NCBI GenBank assembly: GCA_030295235.1
Contig: AP026140.1
Span: forward strand, 1-64,000
Reading direction: 5' to 3'
DNA: 64,000 bases
Origin: Fistulifera solaris
Lineage: Eukaryota
Below are positions 12,579-25,691 of the stretch, piece by piece. Under the pieces are notes generated by a model. That model was not told the origin of the DNA and made no database searches. It saw only the letters and a list, made by a program, of their open reading frames with translations. Position 1 is the first letter of the stretch, and each line of letters begins with the position of its first letter. A program made the translations under genes and the position numbers.

Positions 12579-14123
12579 ATGATCGCATCGCCGTCTTCTG
12601 CAACGCTCACAAGAGCGTCCTCGTCAACAATTTCTACAGCAGATTCACTGCGTCGTTCCTTGCTTATCAGTTTCTTGATAGCGCTAGTTATAGGAGCATT
12701 ACAGCACCTTCAGTTCTCGAAAACGGTACGAAAAGGATCTCATTTCGAAAGCTTACATCAACGCTTCGATCTGCCTGTGATACGTTCTTCGTCAGCCACA
12801 AATAATTACGAAATCACCGAATTAGGCGAGGACTCCTTTGATAATCTTCCCACACAACCTAAAATCTCTTCTGCACAACAATTACGACCTCCACCACAAC
12901 CTCCCCTTCGAACTCAAATAACTGATACCTCAATAAACAAACCCCCGCCCAACGTTAAAGCCAGCAATCGCACCGATGTCCCTTTTTCACAATCACCCTT
13001 TGCCTACGCTTTTGTAATAGGAGGCTGCGATCCAGAGAACCCGCCCACCTATCAGAACTATCTGTTCAATATTGCAATCGCGACGAAAATACTAAGAGAA
13101 GTCAACAGCACGGCCGATGTAGTCGCGTTGTTTCAGATGGGACAAGATGTACCCGCCGGGGCGTCACTGCCACGGCGTGATCTGCAACTGCTGCATGCTT
13201 TGGGAATTTACGTCTACTACATACCACAACAAACAACCGGTCGTCAATCTTTTTATCGAACACAGCTAGATAAATTTCGGATACTGGGGTTGACACAATA
13301 CGAGCGCATCTTGTTCATGGATGGAGATGTGTTGCCATTAGGGAATCTCGATTTGCTTTTTGAGTTGAGTATGAACGGAACGTTACAAGAAAATGTAGTC
13401 ATGCGAGGTTTGTTCGAGCCGGCGAATGGCGGTTTCTTTCTTGTCAAACCGGGGCCGCTAGAAGATATTCAACGAGTCATTGAATGGCGCGAAGAAACGG
13501 CATTACAACTTCCTTATCCGCACTTTGACCCAGACATTGGTTGGGGGCATGAATTAACATCGCCATGGCTGGCACAAAAAGAACAAGGAACCAATTGGAC
13601 GTTCCTGGCGGCCTTTGCAGATCAAGGTCTATTGTACTATTATACTATGTATCATCAAAAATCGGTCAGCTTCTTGCTGCGAGACGGAACGGCGGAAAAT
13701 TGGCAATATGCGCCTGACGGTTCTGTGCACCTTCGCAATCATGTCTCATTATTGAACTTCAGTATCGCGGAAATCAGCGCTATTCCGGGACGACATCACC
13801 ACTACAAATTTCCGCTCAATTCGTTCATCCATTTTACTGGCGCAGGAAAGCCTTGGATGCGAGGTGGTCCTCCTGAAGACTGCTGTACCGAAGAGAATAA
13901 ATTCAAAGAAGCCAAATATTACTGGTTCTGGGAATTATCAAAAATGAATGAGGCATTAAATTTGGGAATTGATTTCAAGCAGCATTGGAAAGACGGCAAA
14001 CATAGGCCGCCGTTGGGTTTGCATCCTGTCTACGCTCACGCACTGAATGCTTCATCGAACTTACTGACGCCTTTGGAGAGAGTCTATCCAGAAAGTGCGG
14101 CCGACTTCAACACATTTCATTAG
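12579..14123 (+). CDS. GT8-like glycosyltransferase paralogue 3 (intact ORF)
   Basis: TM anchor, Pro-rich stem, LFMDGD, PANGGFF, DQGLL, HFTGAGKPW; colinear with paralogues 1 and 2. Confidence 0.85.
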   Translation: MIASPSSATLTRASSSTISTADSLRRSLLISFLIALVIGALQHLQFSKTVRKGSHFESLHQRFDLPVIRSSSATNNYEITELGEDSFDNLPTQPKISSAQQLRPPPQPPLRTQITDTSINKPPPNVKASNRTDVPFSQSPFAYAFVIGGCDPENPPTYQNYLFNIAIATKILREVNSTADVVALFQMGQDVPAGASLPRRDLQLLHALGIYVYYIPQQTTGRQSFYRTQLDKFRILGLTQYERILFMDGDVLPLGNLDLLFELSMNGTLQENVVMRGLFEPANGGFFLVKPGPLEDIQRVIEWREETALQLPYPHFDPDIGWGHELTSPWLAQKEQGTNWTFLAAFADQGLLYYYTMYHQKSVSFLLRDGTAENWQYAPDGSVHLRNHVSLLNFSIAEISAIPGRHHHYKFPLNSFIHFTGAGKPWMRGGPPEDCCTEENKFKEAKYYWFWELSKMNEALNLGIDFKQHWKDGKHRPPLGLHPVYAHALNASSNLLTPLERVYPESAADFNTFH

Positions 14124-14752
14124 TGGTCCTAGCAACGTCGCTTTGTAGTTGAAGACCGCTTTGTAGTTGAAGACAAGTTTCTTTGGCTGGACTTAGCTTT
14201 TCGATATGTCTTGACAGCAAGGATGTTCTAAAGTTATAGATTTTGAATAGAATGAGCTTTAAGAATTCAGGATGTAGCGCTATCAGGACGTTTCGTCGTG
14301 CACCCTATAATTTTCCAGCACACATAGTTTTTGGAATAAAAAGACATTCTCGTGTGACTGAAAAATATTGGGGACTGACATTGACGGGTGTGACACCTTT
14401 CTATGGCCAAAACAGTAGTATCGTCTACACGTCAGCATTAACCAGCGCAAGAAAGCCAAAATGTGTCTTTGAACATGCACACGCGAACATCTTTTTCTTC
14501 TCTCGCAGTTCTTCTTTTTTCTCATTATTGAAAGAGAAAGAAAAGGAACGACAGACTATCTTTCCGTCACGTCTCTGTTCATTCTTATTCGAAAGAATAT
14601 TAAAATAAAGTTCCCCGTTGAATTTAGCATGAGCGACAAGCGCTTGTAAATTGAGAACACCTTTTATTTTTGCACGGAAGTTTTTCGTTTCCTTCTATCG
14701 GCATTTATTCAACTAGGAGTGATAACAAAACAATACGAAGCAATAAATCACA

Positions 14753-15507
14753 ATGAAATTACAAAGAAGGCTTGCCTTTATGCTATTTTGTGCGCTTTTG
14801 AATCATCTGTCGGCGTTTCAACCTCGACCGCTGAAAAGGCCGTCTGCAATCTCAAACAACAAGCAGTTTTTATTGCGTATGTCCGATGTCCCTCGTGAAG
14901 AGAACGAAAAAGATGACGAAAGAAACACCTTTCAACAAACACTTGGATCCTTCAAAAACCTCCTCCTCCCGAAGATCTGTTTGTATTAACCGGTGATGTC
15001 TTGGCGCTCTCTGTCTACGGTCTCGCCGATCACATTGTCTCACAAGAGTTGACACACCAAATGGTTTTAGATAGTCCGAATCCGATGGAACTGCAACAGA
15101 AAATGGCAGCTGATTGGGGACCGCCTGTGTGGCTTGATTCAACGCACAGTTATCATCAGCACGTATTACAAGTTACACTCAGTGATAAACTTGTGACGCA
15201 TTACTCGCCGCTACTCGAACCAACCAGTGTAGCTGTGTGCTTGCTGTTAGCATCTTGGCTTCTAGCGGGATGGTGGCATCAAGCGTTCGCAATAGAAACC
15301 ACGCGAAATGCGGAACGAAACTTGTTTAAAACGGGTCAGACTTGGCTAACATCGACCGCAATACTTGTCAGCATAGTAGCTGTTTCGCATCTCATTATGG
15401 AACCCGTTACATTTACGAAAGGAGATATCTCGTTCCTCTTGGATACGCTCACTGTCATGGCTATGTGGCGATTCATGGTTAGCTGTATAATAGATTGGAG
15501 ATTGTAA
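14753..15507 (+). CDS. Plastid-targeted multi-pass membrane protein (DUF3054-like, tentative); frameshift near 14970
   Basis: Signal peptide ending LSA|FQP (ASAFAP-type cleavage) plus a basic transit peptide; DLFVLTGDVLAL reads in frame into ORF 15001-15507, which has several hydrophobic helices. Confidence 0.55.
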
Positions 15508-15842
15508 AGTGTCAAGTGAAGGGAAGCCGTTACAAGGATGCTCAAAAAGGAAATGACACGGAAAAAGACGAAGTGATGATTTAAGAGCAATCCAAGTGCT
15601 AACAAGTCGAAAGAACAGAATATTACAAGCCCGGGCACCAAGACTTACTACCCATAGAGACTAATGTTATCACATAACTCAGTAATTAAATGGGTGCTGA
15701 TGCACTGCTATTTTCTCCTTTACGGAGAACACAAGTAATGCTAATTACCACATTCACCTGTCCGTTCCCTCTAGAAACTAGCGCTTCGAATCGATCTTAG
15801 CGACCACTTAGTTAAGATACAAGCATTGACATTGTCCTGTAA

Positions 15843-18800
15843 TTAAGATTCTGTCATTAGAGAAGAAGGATGGCCAAGGGGCTTTTCGATCATGTAATTT
15901 TGTAGCGTACGAGTACAGTCGTCGATTGTTATGTCACACGAAGATAACCCTAGCAGAGTAAAATCCCAATTATCACAGCTACGGAACAAGCACCCAAGAG
16001 TTAACGTTCTGGTAGGAAATGTGTCGAAATCTGGAAACGTACTTCGAACTAACTCTTTTCCATCATCAGCATTAAGCATATTGAACGCAGCAGACAGAAT
16101 GTGGTCCGCTTGTTCACCAAGGTACGGGCCCAGTGCAAAGCATATGTAATGAACATCAGCTACAGCTTTGGGTAAAGCGACTTGGAACCGGTCTTCGGCG
16201 TAGGCAACAGAACGATCTTCCGATCGCGGATTTTGACGGTGTATGACGTCAAGAAGATGAGTATCTTTGTCCATCAAAAGGACCAAGGGCAGAACATTTT
16301 CACCGTTGGCTACCTTCCAATACAGTCCAATGCTAAGGTTTTCCGGAAGTGGTGCAGCATAGTCCTGGACTCGAATACAGTCACCCGAGCGCATCAATGC
16401 AGTTCTCTCAGCTCGTCTAGATATACGAGTGGCAGATCCTTGGGCAATCATCTGTATTTCTGGTTGCATACTGCCGAAATCACGAAATCTTTGATAACCG
16501 GCCGCCATGACTTCCAGGTCCCACGCTTTCCTGTTCTTTGTTCGAGACATTTGTAAGAGTACGACACACGTATCCGAAGCTGAAAGCCGAGGAACAAAAC
16601 GGCCGACTCCTTGACCGGTAATAGCATCTTTACACCGTATTTCTAACGACTCGATGTCTGAAAAAGAGTTGTTTCTGGCGGTCATCACAAGGCAGAGTGT
16701 TCCGACGTTCAACGGGACGTTTTCCAAATCAACTACTACCGTGTCGATTGTCGGTTGACCCGGTAACTCTAACCGTTCAGGAAAAACAATAGAGCGGTTG
16801 GGATTTGTTCGATTTGCGAAATATACTGATTCATCCCACAAAATGAGTCCGCTGCCTAGATCAGTGGCTACGAAACTGGTCTCCAAATACGGCCCCGACC
16901 TCCATGATAAATCTAGCGCTATCTTCGAATGCTGCCTCAAAATAAAGACATGGTCTGGCATCAAAACAGGATAGAACTTCGCATTCATCTGAACCTGAAC
17001 CTCTATTGAGCCACTCGCTCTGGCGCAATAGAACTCCGTCGCTTGCTCGGATCGCGCCGCAACAGTGTACCAACATGATGCCTCCTCTTTAGGCAATGAA
17101 AATAAAATGGCCCCCATAAAAGTTTCTTTCTTGATTTGACGATCAAAAGACGGAGTTCTAGCTTCTCGCTTCTATTAACAAGCTCTTTTGCCATATCCCC
17201 GCCAATTTCACAAACGATTGCGCTTTCTTTCCAAACAGGATTGCTTGATCGACGCGCAGGGCCCGTTTTACCGCAAGCCTTGCCACCAAGATATAGCTCA
17301 ACAAGAGGTTCTGCTGGCTTCATTTTACCAAATATATTGCGATCCAGTGACACTAAACCACGGCCCTGGGAGACGATAACAGTCAAGGTAGCGGATGACA
17401 TGATTGAGCTCATTGCATGTCCGTTAGTATTTGATACGGAAGAACTTTCCTGCGAGTGAAAACTCGAAAGAGAGGACTGACTAGCCTGAAGCGCAAATGA
17501 GGGGCTATCGGACGATAATTCGGTGCTTCGTATAGACTCGTTGGCGTCTTTCTCAATCGGAAAAGTATTTTCAAGCTTGCTATCTACGGTCACCCCCGCT
17601 TGCACCAACCCATATGTAGCTGAAGCACCAAAGGAATGCATAGATTGTGAATGAGGCTTTGTAGATTCGATATCTATCGTTCCTGTTCTTGGTCCAACGT
17701 AATGTAGCGATGAAGACAACCGGCCTGGAGACCGCTTTGTTACTGCCATTGCTGGCAAGACGGGAGTCGCTTTTGCGACTTTCAACGCCGGGTTTTCTTT
17801 TCCGTTTGAGATGAAGCTACTTGCATCCTTTGTGAATGATTGTTGAGCACTGATATTATTTTCGCTTCCCTTTGATGCAAGTATGCGTCGCGGACGCACA
17901 GCAGCGGTAACTTTCCGACTCCACAGAGATCTTTTGGTATTAGAACCAGCGCTCGACCCACTTGATGAGATGTTTGTGTGTATTGTTTGTCCATTGTCCG
18001 CTTCAGATGCTAAAGAATTTCGTTCGGGTATGTTCACTACCGTAAGTACTTCAGCGCTACAGACTGCATCATCAGAGGACTTCACACGACGAGGAGGGGC
18101 ACATTTTCTGCTGCTTGAGGTAACCTTATCAGCTGATATACTCCGCTTTGGCATTTTTTGCTGACCTAAATTATTTTCATGGATCTCTATACCTCCAACC
18201 GGTAGTAGCACAGGATTGACCGCATAGCCAGCCGATGAGGGAATGCGGTGAGTTTGTTTCTCGTCATGCTCTGCCTCGCTAGTGTCAACATCGCTCTCTT
18301 CAGATTTTTCATCCCTTTTGTCATTATGATCTTCCATTACAACGGGCAGTCCTGCTTCGATAACTGCAGGAGTGTCATCACTTGATTTCGGAAAGAATTT
18401 TGTTTGAAATAATTTCGATTTGACGCTCGGTGATTCAATGTGATGGCCTGGCGGATCACGAAGCGGATAATCTTGCCTTCCAGATCCCCTATCGCGACGC
18501 CCGCCGCGTCGTTTCCCCGGAAGATGAAGCGAAATCATCAGAAGAGTTCCATCGTTTTAACGGCCTTCTTTTTCGACTCCCATTGTCGAACCCTTCATGA
18601 AAAGACCAGTTTAACAGCTCTGGATTAGCCCATTGTACTCTTCTTCTTTCGTTGCGTACCACATGCTCTGTGCTTGACAAGCGAGTGCTAGAACTTATCG
18701 CCGACTTTACTGTTATTTCTTCGCCAGAACTCTTTATTATTCTTGGCCGCGAAGGATTCGAAGAAGAGTGCTCTCTCATCTCGCTTACAATTTCGGCGCT

Positions 18801-19139
18801 ATCTATTTCATCCACGAACGATGATTGGTGCTCATCATCTTGATCCATTTCTTCACTTTCCTCGCCTTCTGTGGCTGATTGAGGTTGCGAGGAAGTGTTT
18901 TCCTCTGGAGATTCGTAATCGTTTTCGAAACTATCTCCAGATTCCGTCTCGGACGACTCGTCAGAATATGATCTTCCGTAAGATTCATAGTCACTATCGA
19001 AGCTTTCTTCTTCTGATTCCGAGTAAGAAATGTCGTGTAAATGTGGCTCCGACGTAGAAAAGCTCTCTTCAAAACGCGTAGGCTCACTTTCAGAATAATC
19101 AGACACCATTGTGTTGTCTATTTCTTGTTTTTCCGTCAT
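15843..19139 (-). CDS. Disordered N-terminus + C2 + two TerD-like domains, paralogue 1 (frameshifts near 18500 and 17110)
   Basis: C2: LTVIVSQGRGLVSLDRNIFGKMKPAEPLVELY...NPVWKE...LELRL. TerD-like: LDLSWR...ESVYFANRTNPNRSI...VDLENVP and LSIGLYW...LLMDKDTHLLDVI...RSEDRSV...VHYICFALGPY. Confidence 0.7.
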
Positions 19140-19805
19140 GCGTAAATCCTTTTGAAGCTTGATGAGGCGACTTTCCGTTATCTCTTGATCAAATTAAGCA
19201 CTTGATGGCTGCTCTTGGCGTCGCTCAAGGACATGTCGGTGACGTGCTTGTTGAGTTTCAAACGAAAACTTGGCGACCCGTTTGAGAAACAGAACACCAA
19301 AGCGAGCAGTGAAGCAAAATTAAGGGAATAAGGGGGCGAGAAGCCAAAGAGGAGGCGAGAGTGTGCTTGTGAAAAGAAATGCCTTGGGTAAGCGCTGTTT
19401 CGGGAAGACTACTTCCTGTCTCGGACAAAAATTTGAGATGACTAAAGTCCAGACTATTTGTTTACTTTGTATTCAATATTAAAACTATCCTTGGGTACCG
19501 TTTTGACAAATACTTAAAGACTTTCGGCCGAAATGACTGCAAGACTTAAAACTCTATAGTAATATTATATGATCCAGACATCGTCAAATCGTGAATGAAG
19601 TCAAGTTAGTCCGGAGCCACGAGCCACGCTAGCAAACTTGGTTCTCGGTGTTCAAAAAAACTGAAGTTACTAGACTAGTCTACTTATTATTATAAGTAAC
19701 AATGGCATCGTACAAGTAAAGTTTAGTGCTTCCCTTTAATTCTTTTCTCTTTTTTAAACTCAACGCATATCAAAGCCCTAAAAACTATTTTACCGGCGAT
19801 CTCTT

Positions 19806-22800
19806 TTACCAGATACTGGCAACTTTCAACAGAAAATCTTCAGGAATCATGATGCTTTCTTTTGGAACAGGCACCAGAGGAGGTAGTTTACATGGTAGTT
19901 GTTCAGGGAGATCTCCGGGTGTAGGTAATCGACTTCGTTTCACTTCTTCTCGGAAAGCATGTGCCACTTCGCTGCTGTTCGTCGCTTCTGTGGGACGTCC
20001 AATTACATAAAACATCCACGGAGAATCAACCGAGGTTCGAAGAAAACAACCTATCAGAGCTCCCGTCCAAGTGGTAGGTTCTGGTACGTCATAACTTATG
20101 GCAGCATGGTTGTCGCCACCAAAAATACGACAGTGCAAGCTCAACAAAGGATCAGCTACTTGTCCATTGTACGGGCCCAAAGAAAAACAAATGAACATAG
20201 TTCGGCTGGAAACCCGAGTCAAGTCCACTTCAATTTTGTCGCGGTAGTTTCCGAGCGGAATGTCATCATCGTCTTCCTCGCCTTCTCCGCCGCAATGCAG
20301 AACGGAATTGTCGCGACTATTTGGATTTTCAAACAAAACCTCGTCGAGTTTGTGAAAGTCCCTGTCAAGTAATGTTATCACACTATCAAGCCGAACGCGA
20401 TAGTGAGTGCCCCATTGTATTTGCACAAAAATCTCATTCGGTTCCAAGTAATCTTCAACTCTGATGCAACTTCCCGGCCTTAGCCACGCCGATCGCCGAG
20501 CCGGCGGAACGTTATCAGGAATAGTGTGTCGACAGAAGGCATGAAGCTGCGGTAATAAGCTTCCGCATTCTCGAATAACAGGATAACCTTGACCAATCGG
20601 ACACAGTTCCCACGAATGATCCTTCCGGGTAATCCGAAAGAGAACCATGCTGGTGTCCCCTCGCGACAATTCTGGGATGAATCGACATACTCCATCATCG
20701 GAATCAGTATTAATGCAGCGTAATTTTAGAACACCCAACGCAGCCAAATCATCGCGCGGCATGCATAATACCATAAACAGCGACATGACGCTCTTATGGA
20801 CCTTCTCCAGTTCCATTTGCCAAATTTCCTCGCCATCTGGACGGCAGTAAATCTTCTGGTCCGATCTCAGCACACCCCACTTCACTATGCTTTGGTTGGG
20901 GTTTACTGCCCGAGAGAAGTAGATGCTTTGATCTGGAATTACTTGACCGACTTCGTCCAAAGCCACACATGCTGACTCTGCGACTACTTTCTGATATCCC
21001 CAGGAGAAGCCGATTGTTATATGATTTGGCAATTGCAGCAAACTGCCTGGCACTACATCCGGAGCAGCCGTTGCGATAAAGTCAACTGAAACAAGAAGCT
21101 CCCCAGAAGCCCCAGGGCTGAACAAATCGTGGTGTCGTGAACGCTTCATAACACGATACCATGTAGCAGACTGACTTCCTACAACAGGAACCTGAACACA
21201 CCCCATGAATTCATCGTTCCCTAACATATCCTGGTCGCAAAGTCTTAACTCGATTTTCTCACCAGAGCGAAGTAAGGCTCGAGCTTGGTCACAGCCTAGT
21301 TTTACCTGAAACATGCCCCGCTGGAACACTGGATTTATTGTTTTATATACGGTATCACTCGTTCCGACACATTTCCAGTTATGGTTCTCAAAAACAAAGG
21401 CCTTGACAAAAGGATCTGACGTCGTAGGTCGTCCCAGTAAGTCTTTGTCCATCGCCACCAAGTTTCGACCCTGCAAAACATGTATCAGCATAGTGGCCGA
21501 TCCCATCGTTCGACCAATTACTTTGCGAGCCACAGGAGCGACACTTTCGGCTTCAGTAAGGTCATCTGATATGACTGGGGTGTTTCTCGGCAGCTTAGCA
21601 ATGGCTGCTCCTAACGATGCTCTTCGATTCATCCGACGCATCGCACTCGAACTGGCACCATGTGTTGTCGAGCCACGCCGACTTGCCATTGGGGCGACCT
21701 GCGTAGTCGTTGTAGCTTTATTTGTTGCATCTGACGTAGAAGCTTTGCGATAGAGAGTATTTGTGTTGGTTGTAGACATTCGCCTGGCAGCCGCTGTCAC
21801 AGATGCTCGCCGTCCACCACGTCCTGCGTCCGTTTCCGAGGTTCGGGATTGTTTCATGATTTTATCCCAATCCGAGGCAGCATTTTCTTTGCTTCCTTTT
21901 CTTTTTTCTTTTCCAAAATGGCTAGCATCCCCAAACTACTATCCGAGTTGGATCGAACCAAGACTGGCATACCATCCCCGGACTGCTTTCGATTACTTGT
22001 CCCGTTTTCTCTTGGCTCCAACATCTCCATGAGATTTTTGGAAGAATTTCGACGTCGCGGTTTTGTCTCATCATTAGGTTCTTTTAATCTTGGCCGAGAA
22101 GAGGATCGCTTCGGTGGCGATCCCTCTCCAGTACGAGGCCGTCTCTCTTCATCGCTGTGAGCACGTCGCGGCCGAGGCCGTGACGCCGGACGTGCTTCAC
22201 GAGGTTCACCATCACCCAGAGAATTGATGCGTGGCCGCGACGAGCTGCGTTTTCTTCCTTCCTCACTTCCCAATTCTCCTGTTTTGGGACGACGACGAGC
22301 ACCATTTTCAGAACGGCGCTGTTGATCCGAAGACTTTGACTTTTGCGAAGAATCTTTACTGACATTCGAAAAGAATTATCCGCCGAGTTTGTGGTTGATG
22401 AAGGTTTTTTCCTTGGTGATTTCGATGATGAAATTAGATTTTCTAGATTGGCGTCATCAGTACTTTCGGAATGCGTCGATGCTGTCAGAGACGTCGCAGT
22501 CGCCTTGCTAGATCTTTTTTGAGGTTTCTTGGCCTCTTCAGCGGTTCCATTCCCCTCTGTACGTTTTGGCTTAGAGCAAGAGCTGATTGTTTTTCGATTT
22601 GTGGGCGATAAATCAGTTTCTTCCTCATCAATTTTCTTTGATGCTGGACGAATTGCCTTGCTTCGCTTCTCCGGGCTATGGTGCAAAGACGTATGCAGCT
22701 CTTTATTCGCCCGCAGCTTTCCACTGTTCTTTAACAAATGAGGTGATGAATTTGAGCGCGATACTCGCCTCCGAGGAGCTTTATCTTCATCTCCAGTCTC

Positions 22801-22884
22801 AGGTTTGTCTCGAGGAGGTCGAGGACTCGAACGCTTCATCGGAGATGTCATCTCGGCAGACGACGAATCGCTGGCTGTGTTCAT
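19806..22884 (-). CDS. Ser/Arg-rich N-terminus + C2 + two TerD-like domains, paralogue 2 (frameshifts near 22280 and 21900)
   Basis: C2 with Asp ligands: QGRNLVAMDKDLLGRPTTSDPFVK...LCDQDMLGNDEFMG. Best-preserved TerD: LDSVITLLDRDFHKLDEVLFENPNSRDNSVLHCGGEGEEDDDD...KIEVDLTRVSSRTMFICFSLGPYNG. Confidence 0.8.
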
Positions 22885-23366
22885 TGTTGCTTAATAATTC
22901 TCTCTCTACTATTTATTACGAAGATGTCTTGATTTAAATAAAAGAATGATTCTAAACAATAGCGTCGACGAGAAGAAATAATAGTCACTTATTGTTCTTG
23001 TTATTTTGTTTGCTTCCCGCCTTCGTCTCACCCGCCCGCCCTTTCCTTTTGTCGTTCAAAAACACAACGGCAAACGGGCGAACGGAGACGATGAGAGACA
23101 TCAACAGGGTCATTATGCGGTCATCCGGGTCATACGAATAATGACCCTGACGACTGACGACTGACGACTGACTCGTGGCAGAAATAATGCAAAATGCAAT
23201 CACTAGACTATGAAGCGAAGCTTGCCGAGCCTTCGTAAAGAGCAAACATAGCATTCTATGACGAAATATCGTGATTTATGGTATGGTTAAATCCAATCGT
23301 GTAAAAATATTCCATATAAGACAGAATCGTTCAACTTCTTCGTACCCAAACCCTCTCAATCTAGTT

Positions 23367-25691
23367 TTACGGAGAGCCTTTCATAGCTTTGAGCAATTGG
23401 TCGGCAGGAATTACTCCAAACGAACTATCTAGATAAGATTTCGCAGGCACGTCAAACGGCTCAATCGAAAATAAGGACAAAGGTTTTGGTGATGGGCGGA
23501 GATTGTGAACATAGTCGCACAATGCGTGTAGCGAATTGCATTTCGTTGGAGAACTAATTGCCCAAAATTCCCAGGACGACTCATCTGACCGGTTGAGACA
23601 TCCGACTAGGATATGTTTGTAGCCACAATTGGAATCAATAGGACAGTCCGTAAAGCGAATGAGCTGAGCTTCCGTTGCTGGATCCCAAATATGGCAGGAA
23701 AATTCCGCTGTAGTAATGAAAGCTATTGTTTGAACTCTCATACCGATGCGGTGCAATTCTAATTCGATCATTTTTCGAGTCATTGTGGCACTACGATCTC
23801 GCGACTTTGTGTGATGCTGATCAATAACGTCAACGCGCTGACCCCGTTCATCTAAAAACAATGCCATGACATCCCCTTTCTTGCATCGAATGTCTACGAC
23901 CAAACTTGTCAGGCGTGGACAGTAATCAAGCAGCCGAATACATGTACCTGGTCGCATCCAGGCTGTCCGTGGAACACTCGCAGGATCTTTTATAACATCG
24001 CGCGCAGACATGTGCAGCATTGGTATCAAGGCCCCAAGATCCGATATGATCGGAAAAGATTTCATTAAAGCCATCATTTCAAATCCATCGGATTCGAAAG
24101 TTATTCGACCAAGCAAGGTGATTTGGCGCGCTGGAACTTTCATCCGACCCAGCCCTAATCGCTCTTCCAAAAAGCAAGTCACAGGTTCCGACGAGTCATT
24201 TACCGCAACAAAAAAGAGAGCCGCTATCGACGTCGGGAGATCTTTCAAATTGCACCGCAATAATGAAGATTGGCGCTCGAGTGACCCACTTTTGTTAGTT
24301 TGAGACGAATCACCCAAGCATTCATCCCACTGGACCAGCCCATGCTTCTTGGTGATTGCGATAGCCGAGATAGGAGAACTACAACGCCAGTAGCACGTGG
24401 TAGGAATATTCTCTAAAACCGAACCAGCGTCTAAGTCATGCATTGTAGACCCCTCTAGTGTAATATATGCGCAGACTTCAAATGGTGAATCTTCTATCGA
24501 GAAAAACCAAGATGAATCTGTGGTGTGCATAGGCAACGGTATCGACCCCAGAACCTGCTCACCATTGTAAACACGGAGCTCAATAGGTTTGTTATCCTCT
24601 TCATTCTTCAAAAAATTTTTAGCCTCGTCACAGGACAGCGACATCTGTAACGTCACAGGTGAAACCGAAGTACCCGAAATCGCTACTGGCTGTGATACTT
24701 TTTCGCTCCATTCGTTTTGGGACGTCAAGACGAATGCTTTGTACCACAATTGCGCCTTCTTCTGAATCCACTTTGAAGGTACGAGCGCTTGTTGAAGATC
24801 AATAGTGATGTTCAGTCCAGCTAGGGATCGCACAACGGTGCGGCGACGGGAAGGCGACCTTTTTGGACTAGAGGTAATCGATCTGTTTCGTGAATTCCGT
24901 TGAGCTTCATCACTAATGTTTTGATGGCAACTTTTGGCACTGCTGCGATGCTGACGAATCGACTGCTCTCTATGAGTACCTTGAGTGGATTGTGGTGTTT
25001 TGAGACTTTCCGACTCTGTACCAGCACTTTGGGATCTTCTCAAGATAGGCGGAGAGGCACTTTGCAATTGTGCCGATGAGTGTCGAGTCACCGGACGTGG
25101 TGTTACTGGAGTTGATGGACCTGACGTCGATAGTGTGGGGACTTGAGCACCAACATCACCCGCCCGAGGCATACTGAGTCGACGACGGGGACCGCCCGTG
25201 GACCGAATGGTTCGACGAGAAAAGGGCGAGTCGACAAGACTTCCGCGTCGGGGCGTCTGGTTACGCCCCGAATCCAAGCCACTTGCATTACCTGTCGAGG
25301 AACGACGGTGCATCGATCGACGCGGCGACGAGCTGCGCCGAGGACTGACTCGTTCAGTCGCACGAGTCGAATCGAGCGATGCTCGAATCGTACGTTGATG
25401 TCGTGATATAGATGGACTTCTTCTTTGTGATCGTCTGCTTTCTATTGGATCGCTTCTCTCCGTGTCACTGCTACTTTTCGACGATATTGACCTCGATCGA
25501 GCAGCTCGTGACCTCTCTCTTCCAGACTCAAATTCTTCACTGTGGAGGCCTTCATCTTGGCCCCCAATTGAAGTACTTCTCGTCTTTTTATCGGGTTGAT
25601 TGGAGCGCAACGCCGACCGACTTTCTTTCGGCTGCGATGTATTCTCTAGCTGATCATCTTTCATCATTTCTGTCGCCACCATTTGTTTCAT
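23367..25691 (-). CDS. Ser/Arg-rich N-terminus + degenerate C2 + TerD-like domains, paralogue 3 (intact ORF)
   Basis: Continuous ORF sharing IELRV, WDEC, LKDLPTSIAALFFV, DLGALIP, RTAWMRPGTCIRLLDY and KSRDRSA with paralogues 1 and 2. Confidence 0.75.
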   Translation of the reverse strand: MKQMVATEMMKDDQLENTSQPKESRSALRSNQPDKKTRSTSIGGQDEGLHSEEFESGRERSRAARSRSISSKSSSDTERSDPIESRRSQRRSPSISRHQRTIRASLDSTRATERVSPRRSSSPRRSMHRRSSTGNASGLDSGRNQTPRRGSLVDSPFSRRTIRSTGGPRRRLSMPRAGDVGAQVPTLSTSGPSTPVTPRPVTRHSSAQLQSASPPILRRSQSAGTESESLKTPQSTQGTHREQSIRQHRSSAKSCHQNISDEAQRNSRNRSITSSPKRSPSRRRTVVRSLAGLNITIDLQQALVPSKWIQKKAQLWYKAFVLTSQNEWSEKVSQPVAISGTSVSPVTLQMSLSCDEAKNFLKNEEDNKPIELRVYNGEQVLGSIPLPMHTTDSSWFFSIEDSPFEVCAYITLEGSTMHDLDAGSVLENIPTTCYWRCSSPISAIAITKKHGLVQWDECLGDSSQTNKSGSLERQSSLLRCNLKDLPTSIAALFFVAVNDSSEPVTCFLEERLGLGRMKVPARQITLLGRITFESDGFEMMALMKSFPIISDLGALIPMLHMSARDVIKDPASVPRTAWMRPGTCIRLLDYCPRLTSLVVDIRCKKGDVMALFLDERGQRVDVIDQHHTKSRDRSATMTRKMIELELHRIGMRVQTIAFITTAEFSCHIWDPATEAQLIRFTDCPIDSNCGYKHILVGCLNRSDESSWEFWAISSPTKCNSLHALCDYVHNLRPSPKPLSLFSIEPFDVPAKSYLDSSFGVIPADQLLKAMKGSP

